From contig JAFSRK010000225.1 of the NCBI GenBank assembly GCA_017446165.1, positions 1 through 42,037 of the forward strand: 42,037 nt of DNA, written 5' to 3'. Shown here piece after piece: positions 1 through 9,600 of this stretch (position 1 is its first letter; each line of letters opens with the position of its first letter). The position numbers and the translations under genes are program-made. Source of the stretch: Ruminococcus sp. (lineage in GTDB: Bacteria > Bacillota > Clostridia > Oscillospirales > Acutalibacteraceae). Under the pieces are notes generated by a model. That model was not told the DNA's origin, ran no database searches, and was given only the letters and a program-made list of their open reading frames with translations.

Positions 1-179
1 ACGGTATCAAGGCAGGCACTCCCTATGTTGAGGGCGCCAAAGTAACCGCCGAGGTCATCAAGACCGACAAGGCTAAGAAGATTTATGTCGATACCTACAA
101 GCCCAAGAAGGGTGAGAAGCGTAGAATCGGCCACAGACAGCCTTACACAAAGGTTGAGATCAAGGCGATCAACGCCTGA
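1..179 (+). CDS. rplU: 50S ribosomal protein L21 (3' part, truncated by window edge)
   Basis: Frame 3 reads [20 protein letters not shown]...[26 protein letters not shown]; the GHRQPYT motif and rplU-prp-rpmA order fit. Confidence 0.97.
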   Translation, partial: GIKAGTPYVEGAKVTAEVIKTDKAKKIYVDTYKPKKGEKRRIGHRQPYTKVEIKAINA

Positions 180-496
180 TGATCAAAGTCAAATTTTTCG
201 GGAAGAAGCCCATCTACGGCTTCCATATCACCGGTCATTCCGACGTCAGTCCCGACGGCCCCGAGGTCATCTGTGCGGGCGTGTCGAGCGCGGCGTATAT
301 GACGGCGAATCTCATCACCGATATCATCGGCTTGAAGCCTGAGATATCTGCTGATGACGGCGATATGTACCTGAAACTGTTGACAGAACAGGAGGCTCTG
401 CGCTGTGATGATATATTGCAGGGGTTGAGACTTCACTTAAGCTCCCTCGGGGAGCAGTATCCCAAGTATATTAAAGTAACATATTCGGAGGTGTAA
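179..496 (+). CDS. prp: Ribosomal-processing cysteine protease Prp (YsxB/DUF464)
   Basis: GHS...ICAGVS catalytic His/Cys motifs, ends QYPKYI; lies between L21 and L27. Confidence 0.93.
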   Translation: MIKVKFFGKKPIYGFHITGHSDVSPDGPEVICAGVSSAAYMTANLITDIIGLKPEISADDGDMYLKLLTEQEALRCDDILQGLRLHLSSLGEQYPKYIKVTYSEV

Positions 497-500
497 GGTT

Positions 501-785
501 ATGCTTAAGATAAATCTTCAGTTATTCGCTCATAAAAAAGGTATGGGTTCTACGAAGAACGGTCGTGACTCTGAGTCCAAGCGTCTTGGCGTTAAGCGTG
601 CTGACGGTCAGTTCGTACTCGCCGGCAACATCCTCGTCAAGCAGAGAGGCACTCACATTCATCCCGGCAACAATGTAGGCCGCGGCTCTGATGATTCTCT
701 CTTCGCTAAGGTAGACGGTGTCGTCCGCTTTGAGCGTATGGGCAAGGACAGAAAGCGCGCAAGCGTTTATCCTGTTGAGCAGTAA
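501..785 (+). CDS. rpmA: 50S ribosomal protein L27 with Prp-cleaved N-terminal extension
   Basis: MLKINLQLF|[21 protein letters not shown]. Confidence 0.99.
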   Translation: MLKINLQLFAHKKGMGSTKNGRDSESKRLGVKRADGQFVLAGNILVKQRGTHIHPGNNVGRGSDDSLFAKVDGVVRFERMGKDRKRASVYPVEQ

Positions 786-791
786 TGATGA

Positions 792-2171
<1,380 letters not shown>

Positions 2172-2175
2172 TGCT

Positions 2176-2568
2176 ATGCTGAATTTTGACGATAAATTGA
2201 ATCTGAATACCATTCCCACCCTCAACCTCGCCTTTCTAGGCGACGGTGTGTTCGATCTTTTGGTACGCGAGCATCTGCTTTCGAGCAGTTCGGCGCATGT
2301 CGGCGAGCTGAACAGGGAAAAGGTCGCGATGGTCAACTGTAAGAGTCAGGCAGAGGATGCCAAGAAGCTTCTGCCGATATTGACCGACGAGGAACAGGAG
2401 GTCTACAAGCGCGGACGGAATGCCAAGGTCAATTCGGCGTCCAAGCACTCGACACTGTCCGACTATCATGCCGCGACCGGACTTGAGGCGCTGTTCGGCT
2501 ATTTGTACCTCAAGGGCGAGAATGAACGTATAAAAGAACTTTTCACGCGAATAATACTTGATGAATAA
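2176..2568 (+). CDS. mrnC: Mini-ribonuclease III
   Basis: LAFLGDGVFDL, KRGRNAK and YHAATGLEALFGYLYL motifs; start at ATG 2176. Confidence 0.92.
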   Translation: MLNFDDKLNLNTIPTLNLAFLGDGVFDLLVREHLLSSSSAHVGELNREKVAMVNCKSQAEDAKKLLPILTDEEQEVYKRGRNAKVNSASKHSTLSDYHAATGLEALFGYLYLKGENERIKELFTRIILDE

Positions 2569-2637
2569 TCGGGTAGGGCGGGGGCTTGCTCCCTCCGCGG
2601 CGCTGATACGCCCCCGAACACCGGTGAGCGTGATACA

Positions 2638-3537
2638 ATGATGACAACCGACAGAGCAAGACATATGCTACAGGAATCTCACAGATTTCCTGCCATCCGC
2701 ACCCTGATCGCCGATTATGCGGTGATTATCCTCGGCGCGACGGTCTATGCGCTGTCGGTCGATTTTTTTACTGCGCCCAATCAGATCGCTCCCGGCGGCG
2801 TCACCGGCATCTCCACGATGCTCAATTACCTCATTTATGTGCCGATCGGAGCGACTGCGCTGATCCTAAACATACCTTTGTTCATTTGGGGAGCGATCAA
2901 AAGCGGCACAAGGTTCATTATCCGCACAATTATCGCAAGCTCCCTGGTATCCTTGCTGATCGATGTGCTTTCTCTGCTGCCGTTTCACTACACCGGTGAC
3001 AGGATCCTCGCCGCGTTGTTCGGCGGCATCCTCAGCGGTGTGGGACTGGGGATGATCTTCCTTCGGGGCGGCAGCACCGGAGGTACCGACATCATCGGGC
3101 GCAATTTGCACGACAGATACCCCTTTTTAAGCGTCGGAACGATCATTTTGATCGCAGATGTGGTTGTAATCGTTTTGTCATCAATTGTGTACGCCAGTCT
3201 GGAATCGGGTCTATACGCGATCATAACCATCTTCACTTCAACAAAGCTGATCGACGCGGTTGTTTTCGGCTTTTCGAGGGACAACGGTAAGCTCTTGATC
3301 ATCATTTCGTCCACTCCCGACGCGCTTTGCGAGGCGCTCACTCACGACGCCGACAGGGGAGTGACCGTGCTTTCTGCGCGGGGCGGTTATTCCGGCACGC
3401 CCAAAGGCGTGATCCTCTGTGCGACCCATCCGCGCGACCTCTATCGCGTCAAGGGTCATATCTCCCTGACCGACCCCGAAGCCTTTGTGATCACGACCAA
3501 CGCTTCGGCAATCTCCGGACTGGGCTTTACAAATTAG
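2638..3537 (+). CDS. YitT family membrane protein (C-terminal DUF2179-like domain)
   Basis: IAPGGVTGIS, GGSTGGTDIIG, RGVT..GGYSG, DPEAF; multiple TM segments; start may be 2665. Confidence 0.88.
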   Translation: MMTTDRARHMLQESHRFPAIRTLIADYAVIILGATVYALSVDFFTAPNQIAPGGVTGISTMLNYLIYVPIGATALILNIPLFIWGAIKSGTRFIIRTIIASSLVSLLIDVLSLLPFHYTGDRILAALFGGILSGVGLGMIFLRGGSTGGTDIIGRNLHDRYPFLSVGTIILIADVVVIVLSSIVYASLESGLYAIITIFTSTKLIDAVVFGFSRDNGKLLIIISSTPDALCEALTHDADRGVTVLSARGGYSGTPKGVILCATHPRDLYRVKGHISLTDPEAFVITTNASAISGLGFTN

Positions 3538-3560
3538 ACTGAAAACAGACTGAATAATTC

Positions 3561-3607
3561 AGGCTCCCTTTGGTAAAGGGAGCTGTCGCTTTCAGCGGCT
3601 GAGGAAT
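3561..3607. repeat. Palindromic intergenic repeat, GGCTCCCT...AGGGAGCTGTC family, copy 1
   Basis: AGGCTCCCTTTGGTAAAGGGAGCTGTC...CTGAGGAAT; related copies at 4727-4774 and 38758-38784. Confidence 0.75.
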
Positions 3608-3658
3608 CGTTGAAATGTCTGTGCAAGTATTGCGAGTGACCTTACTGCAAAGATTTTC

Positions 3659-3687
3659 TTGACAAATCCGAACTTTTCCGATATAAT
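3659..3687 (+). promoter_or_regulatory. sigma-A promoter of rpsF-ssb-rpsR
   Basis: TTGACA (3659-3664), 17-bp spacer, TATAAT (3682-3687). Confidence 0.85.
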
Positions 3688-3731
3688 TCACATGTTATGT
3701 GTGTCACTATGCCCATAACAGATTCATATTA

Positions 3732-3780
3732 ACCTTGCGACGCATTGATTAGTGCGCCGCCAAAGTCCAAGAGGAGGTGT
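3732..3780 (+). promoter_or_regulatory. Probable S6:S18 autoregulatory leader
   Basis: CCTTG...GCAT/GTGC stem...CCG...CCAAGAGGAGG overlapping the rpsF RBS, at the expected position. Confidence 0.55.
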
Positions 3781-3784
3781 AAAC

Positions 3785-4195
3785 ATGGCATTGAAGGCTA
3801 ATTACGAGACCGTAATGGTTATTTCAATGAAGCAGGGCGAGGAAGGCATCCAGGCTCTCATCGAGAAGTTCAAGGCTCTCATCGAGAAGCACGCTACTCT
3901 GCAGAGTGTTGACGAATGGGGCAAGCGCAAGCTGGCTTATCTCATCAACAAGGAGTCAGAGGGCTACTATGTTCTGATGAACTTCGAGGCTGAGGCTGAG
4001 TTCCCCGCAGAGCTGGATCGTATCTACAAGATCACCGACGGCATCATGCGTTCATTGATCATCCGCAAGCCCGACGGCGCTGAGGTTGTTGTCAAGAAGG
4101 ATGAACCCAAGGTCGAGGCTGCCAAGGAGGCTCCCGCCGAGGAACCCGCAGAAGCTCCCGCCGAAGAGCCCGCAGCTGAAGAAGCTGCCGAGTAA
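3785..4195 (+). CDS. rpsF: 30S ribosomal protein S6 with acidic C-terminal tail
   Basis: YETVMVI, DEWGKRKLAYLINK, GYYVLMNF; GGAGG RBS before ATG 3785. Confidence 0.97.
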   Translation: MALKANYETVMVISMKQGEEGIQALIEKFKALIEKHATLQSVDEWGKRKLAYLINKESEGYYVLMNFEAEAEFPAELDRIYKITDGIMRSLIIRKPDGAEVVVKKDEPKVEAAKEAPAEEPAEAPAEEPAAEEAAE

Positions 4196-4247
4196 TTGAT
4201 CGAATAAGTGTTTTTACGACGCAAGTCGGAACGAAAGGATTCTATTT

Positions 4248-4724
4248 ATGTTAAACAGAGTTGTACTGATGGGTCGCTTAGTGGCTGACCCTGAGTTAAA
4301 GACCACCAACACAGGCATTTCCGTGACCTCATTCCGCATCGCTGTCGATCGCAGCTATGTCAAGGCGGGCGCTGAGCGCCAGGCTGATTTCTTCGACGTA
4401 GTCGCGTGGCGCAGCTCGGCTGAGTTCGTATGCCGTAACTTCTCCAAAGGCTCGCTGATCGCCGTTGACGGCCAGCTCCAGTCGCGTCAGTATCAGACCA
4501 AGGACGGTCAGAACCGCACCGCGATCGAGGTTGTCGCCGACAACATCAGCTTTACCGGAGAGCGCAGAGAAAGCGCCTCTGCCTACGGCAGCTACGCACA
4601 GCCCTCTCGCAACAATGATTACGGCTCGCAGGTAGCTCCCGCACCGCAGCAGCCCGCTGCTTACTCCGCAGGAGCGCCTGATGATTTCCAGGTAATGCCT
4701 CTGGATGACGATCTGCCGTTCTGA
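4248..4724 (+). CDS. ssb: Single-stranded DNA-binding protein
   Basis: MLNRVVLMGRLVADPEL... ending in DDDLPF. Confidence 0.98.
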   Translation: MLNRVVLMGRLVADPELKTTNTGISVTSFRIAVDRSYVKAGAERQADFFDVVAWRSSAEFVCRNFSKGSLIAVDGQLQSRQYQTKDGQNRTAIEVVADNISFTGERRESASAYGSYAQPSRNNDYGSQVAPAPQQPAAYSAGAPDDFQVMPLDDDLPF

Positions 4725-4726
4725 TC

Positions 4727-4774
4727 AGGCTCCTTTTGGTAAACGGAGCTGTCACCGCATGGTGACTGAGGAAT
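4727..4774. repeat. Palindromic intergenic repeat, copy 2
   Basis: AGGCTCCTTTTGGTAAACGGAGCTGTCACCGCATGGTGACTGAGGAAT, homologous to 3561-3607. Confidence 0.75.
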
Positions 4775-4900
4775 TGCAGTATGTCGCAAAGCGACCAACC
4801 TATTAGAATGAAGATATTTTCGTAGGGACGAGCATTGCGCGTCCGCGGATGACCGATGGGCATCCCTACACATCTCTATATCACGAAAGGAGACCTCACC

Positions 4901-5134
4901 ATGGCTGATAGACCTATGGGTAACAGACGCCGTCGCAAGGTATGCGGCTTCTGTGTAGATAAGGTCGAGAACATCGACTACAAGGATATCGCAAGACTCC
5001 GCCGCTATATGTCTGAGCGCGCTAAGATCCTGCCCCGCCGCGTAACCGGCACCTGTGCAGCGCATCAGCGCGAGCTGACCGTCGCGATCAAGCGTGCGCG
5101 TCATCTTGCACTTTTACCTTATACATCAGACTGA
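4901..5134 (+). CDS. rpsR: 30S ribosomal protein S18 (Zn-binding type)
   Basis: [30 protein letters not shown]; AAAGGAG RBS before ATG 4901. Confidence 0.98.
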   Translation: MADRPMGNRRRRKVCGFCVDKVENIDYKDIARLRRYMSERAKILPRRVTGTCAAHQRELTVAIKRARHLALLPYTSD

Positions 5135-5146
5135 TCGGTCCGATCC

Positions 5147-5179
5147 GCCTCTCTGCGAAAGCAGGGAGGCTTTTTATTT
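5147..5179 (+). terminator. Rho-independent terminator after rpsR
   Basis: GCCTCTCTGC-gaaa-GCAGGGAGGC followed by TTTTTATTT. Confidence 0.85.
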
Positions 5180-5204
5180 GCACAAAACGGGGGGATAAGA
5201 TATA

Positions 5205-5540
5205 GCGGGCGGATGTGGGCATCCGCCCCTACGGCTTTTCTGCAACATTTTCGTAGGGGCGACCATTGGTCGTCCGAAACCCTTTTGTTAAATCTTTCTT
5301 CCCGCGAAGCAAATGCACCTATGCGTAGGGGACGGCGCTTGTCGACGTACCGTGTCGCCGGCAGCGACCGTAGGGGAGGGGCTTGCTCCTCCCGAAACGC
5401 CGCTGATACATCTCTTTATCAGCGAAGCAGATCAATCTAACCGTAGGGGCGACCATTGGTCGCCCGAAACCTTTATGCTAAATCCCGCTTATCGCGAAGC
5501 ATATGTACTTTTGCGTAGGGCGGGCCTTAGTCCCGCCGCA
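5205..5540. repeat. Cluster of GTAG-type REP-like palindromes
   Basis: GTAGGG-initiated hairpins at 5253, 5325, 5370, 5443 and 5515, an inverted copy (CCCCTAC) near 5226, and two ~78-bp direct repeats (5252-5330, 5442-5520); isolated copies at ~841, ~2573, ~4822 and ~38949. Confidence 0.8.
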
Positions 5541-5702
5541 GTATGACTGCAATTGTGATGCAAATTCGATGATCGGTCGATAGGGGACAGAGCGTTGTCA
5601 AATCAAATTATTGAAGTTCGTGAAAACTGTACAAAATGAATGTGATAACCACAGCAAAATACACAAAAATCACATGTTTTTAAGGTTTTGGCGAGGCTTA
5701 TC

Positions 5703-5731
5703 TTGACTATTTTTCTGCGTTTTGATATAAT
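5703..5731 (+). promoter_or_regulatory. sigma-A promoter with extended -10 at the left edge of the accessory region
   Basis: TTGACT, 17-bp spacer, TGa-TATAAT. Confidence 0.6.
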
Positions 5732-5830
5732 GCTAGTATCTAAAATAGGATGATAAGGGTTATTATGCCTATTTTTAGCAATATGCTTGCTTTATGTCTA
5801 TCCCTCGGGATGGACTGCAAGCTAATGCAT

Positions 5831-5862
5831 AAAATAGCCCTTTTGTGCATAATGCACAATTC
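5831..5862 (+). promoter_or_regulatory. 32-bp box containing palindrome TTGTGCAT-A-ATGCACAA (copy upstream of cassette 1)
   Basis: AAAATAGCCCTTTTGTGCATAATGCACAATTC is identical to the reverse complement of 34511-34542. Confidence 0.7.
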
Positions 5863-6033
5863 CTCAAAAGAATATTGGGCGAAATAACCTAGAAAACATC
5901 CTAGTTTCTGCGCTGTTTGTATGATGAATATATGCAGCATAAATATTCGCAAATTCAGCATATCTATTCACGAATTCACCGATGAAATGCTCGTTTGCAA
6001 ACCAAAATGGAATTATTTAAATGTTGCTGTTGT

Positions 6034-6118
6034 AACTGTGATCAGACCGTCGCGCTGAGCAAGGCGTTGTCCCCGGATGGGTCAGGATCCCCGGACATTT
6101 GGCGATGCGTCCGCTTTG
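6034..6118 (+). ncRNA. Putative structured leader RNA motif (unidentified), copy 1
   Basis: TGTCC-cc-GGAT-gggtcagg-ATCC-cc-GGACA hairpin (6068-6097); homolog upstream of cassette 3 has compensatory changes. Confidence 0.55.
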
Positions 6119-6333
6119 TAAAACGCGAGGAAAGTTCAAAAGGTTACAAAAACGCAACACTTAATAGTGGAGCTACTAAGGGAGGGGCTGTATATGGCCT
6201 TATCCCACAAGATTTTGTGTTGGATACAAAATTGTAACAATATATTACAAATTTGTTAATTATATACATTAGATAATTAGTGCAATTATTGTCTGTATTG
6301 TCAAGAAATGTAAGATAGGAAACTTTATGTTTA

Positions 6334-6551
6334 CGGCATCAATTCTGTAGTATCTGTCATTTCGAGGAGGGTCAAAGACCCGACGTGGGAATTCCGCATA
6401 ATTTCGCTGTCATCGCGAGGAGCAAAGCGACGTGGCGATCCCACAAACAGGGACTGAACTTTTCTCACATATCAAAATCATCTCTGACAAGGGGATTGCC
6501 GCGGCTCTTAGGAGCCTCGCAATGACAATAAAGTCTCGGCATCAATTCTGT
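6334..6551. mobile_element. Short non-autonomous palindromic element flanked by 15-bp direct repeats
   Basis: CGGCATCAATTCTGT at 6334-6348 and 6537-6551 flank TGTCAT(T/C)(T/G)CGAGGAG...CGACGTGG units and an inverted CTCGCAATGACA end. Confidence 0.65.
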
Positions 6552-6657
6552 CTCAAAAACGGATTTATATAGATCGCAAAAACTATTCAAATGATCGCAG
6601 CTTTACTGTGGGATAGCTAGCCACAGCAACGCTTTCGGTCAAAAAGGAGGAACTTCT

Positions 6658-9600
6658 ATGAAACAAAAATGTTCGTTTATCCTCAAGGCATCCTTAGCTT
6701 TGGTGCTTGCTTTCGTCATGCTGTTCGGCACAGTTGCGACGTCGCTCGCGGCTGTTGTTGACGATTTAGCAGACACGGGTGCTAATGAAGTCAATAAAGA
6801 TGATATCTACGTTGATTTTTCAGCTTGTTCAAGTGAAACATTATCAGGGTTGAGTTGCTTTTGGAATACCAGTTGCTCAGACTGGGGTGAGTGGGTGACC
6901 AGCTATACCGATATGGGCAATTATGTTTATAAATTTTCACCTACTAATACTTCTCATGAATATTTCAGAGGGTTCATAGTAGTGTTTAATGATAACACAT
7001 CTGATAAAAAAGAGGTTACTGTTGCTGTTCCCGCTGATAATGATAATAATATGATTACTATTAACAGTAGTTGTAATTCTGGTACATGGGGTACATATGT
7101 TCCGCTTACCCCCCTCACAACTCCGACTATCACCATCGACGGACAGAGTTCTTCTGCTAAGATCCCTAACGGCAAGTCGGTCACGCTGAACGTGACTAAC
7201 TGGGCGTCTTTCTCGTCTTTGATCACAAGCGGCGACTGCACATTGGCACTGTATGACCCTGACGGCACAAAGGTCGGCAGTAATCTGAGCGCTCAGAATA
7301 CGACTGTTACCCTGACAAAAGACGGAAACTATTATGTTAAGGCGGAGCCTACTGCTCAGGGCGCTTCTACCTATTCCGAGTCGCAGTCCTCCAATGTTAA
7401 CGTCGATGTATTTGATGTATATTTTAAAACGAATACGACCGGAGGCAGCGGAGTCCAGAATTTGAGCGGTACTGCTATGACGTATGACACAAGTACAAGA
7501 TTCAGGTATTCAGTTTCTCTTTCTGCCGGAAATAACTATGTCGTTATTTATGACGGAGAAGAGAGTCATAATCTGTCGTATAACAATGGATCTATCAGTG
7601 ATTCCTATCTGCTAACCGGCTCAGGCTTTACTATTTACAATGGGAGTAATGATCTGAATAATCCTTTAAAAATAGTTGCTGCTGTAGCCGGAACATACAA
7701 CTTCTACTTTGATTATTCGACCAACAAGCTGTATGTCGAGTTTCCTCACACAGTTACCTTTAACAGTAACGGCGGTTCTGCAGTCGCGTCGCAGGTTGTC
7801 GCGTACGGCGGCACCGCGAACAAACCCGCTGATCCGACAAAGACAGGCAACACCTTCGGCACATGGGTCACGACCGACGGCGGTTCTACTCCGTTTGATT
7901 TCACCTCTGCTATTACGTCTAATACGACTGTATACGCTTCGTGGACTCCTACATCGATGAATGTTACCGTTCAGGCGATGTATACGGACGACGGCACGAC
8001 CTACACAAGCGGCACAGCCGGTTTAAGTTCTACAGCCGGCGGCAATACCATCACCGTTACCAATAACGGTGGCGGCAACACCTTCGTTTATGACGACGTG
8101 ATCACCGTTACTGCAACAGCTGCGGCGTCCACTGCAGTCGGCACTCGTAATCCCAACGCCGGCTATATGCTCGAGGGTATCTACCGTGTAGTAAATGGTA
8201 CTGAAACGTCGATTAATCCTGTCACGAGTGCAACCGATACGAACACCGGTGTTGCACAGACTATGACCAACAATACCTATAGGCTGACAGACGAAGATAA
8301 CACGACCTACACCTTCGTCGCGAAGTTCAGAAAAGTCTATTATTTCAACGTTTACGATAGCTGGATGGAAGACGCTGATGAAAACTACAACTTCGTCGCT
8401 GCGCCTCCCCGTACGATCACCGTAGGCACCGGCTCAGACGTCAGAGCGACCTATACCTATGCTTTTACCGATGTTGCATCTAATCGAGGCGAGGATGACG
8501 GTCCTCAGCACTCAGGTACAGCGACGGCTTTGAACATCGTCAGCAGCACCGGCAATTACTACGAAGGCAACCTGCTCGTCGCATATGCCGGTGAGACCAT
8601 TAAGCTGAAGTATACCGGTCTCGCGGACTCTGACGCGATCCGCGGCGCGTTCTACAACAACAACTATCGTTATACGACGGAATTGGAAGACGACGACCTG
8701 TATAGCGCGCGTGTATATAAAGCAGCCGGTTGGTCTAAAGCGCAAAGCGACGACGCGCAGGACTATACCTATTCTGCTGTCACCACACTCTATGCGGATA
8801 AGGCGTACTATTCAAGCAACGCAACTGCCTATGCTGCTATTAAAGCTGCCGAAAGCGGCTACAAGGCGACGATCAACCAGTCTACCCATATCGTTTCATG
8901 GCCCGCGATCAGCAACTATCTGAATATCGACCTCGAGCTTGACTATAAATATCAGATCAAGATCAACGATGGCGACCACAGCGGTCTGGATGTACAGGGA
9001 ATGAATGAGGAGGGCTTCTATAACAACGGCGACACCTTCCCCGGCACCTTCAAGATCGTTCTCGATCCGGATCAAGACGACTCAGGTACCTACAGATTCA
9101 CCTCCGATACTGTCGCTATCCTGGATGATAACGGCAATGCGATCTCTTCTCCCTCGATCGTTGTAACGGCGAAGAACAGCAGTGATAATACAGAAACCGA
9201 TCCTGCGGATATTACCTACTTCCAGGTTTCCGGTACGATGCCCGGACAGAACGTCCACCTCTCTGTCCCGGTCGTTAAGGAATACAACATGAAGCTGGCG
9301 AATATTGTCATTTCCGATACGATTGGTAACAAGACGATGCTGACCGAGTGTACTTCTAACTCAACGAGCGGTACAGGCAACATCGGTACGATTTCTGCAA
9401 TTGTATATGATGAAAACGGAGAAGCGACTGAAACTAATATCACGAGCGACGGTACCAACTACTATACCTATGATGGTAATAATAATCAAACCACTGTAAA
9501 TGCTTATACTGATAGCAATAATAATAAATACATCAAAACCGGCGTCAATAAAAACGGTTCGATGGTAGACGCGAGACATTCCGTCATCTATAAATTTGCA

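Noticed and set aside
4100-4195. Repetitive EEPAE tail on S6
   Set aside because: Acidic low-complexity S6 extensions are common and not novel.
5205-5540. CRISPR array
   Set aside because: Repeats vary in sequence and spacing, the spacers are themselves duplicated, and there are no cas genes; this fits REP-like palindromes.
5843-5859. Rex operator
   Set aside because: The Rex consensus is TTGTGAA-N4-TTCACAA (18 bp); this site is TTGTGCA-N3-TGCACAA (17 bp), so it was left unassigned.
6034-6118. c-di-GMP-I or c-di-AMP riboswitch
   Set aside because: I could not find the GNRA tetraloop/receptor with GGCAAA..GACGCAAA core, or the ydaO GCUGAAUC core; needs cmscan to exclude formally.
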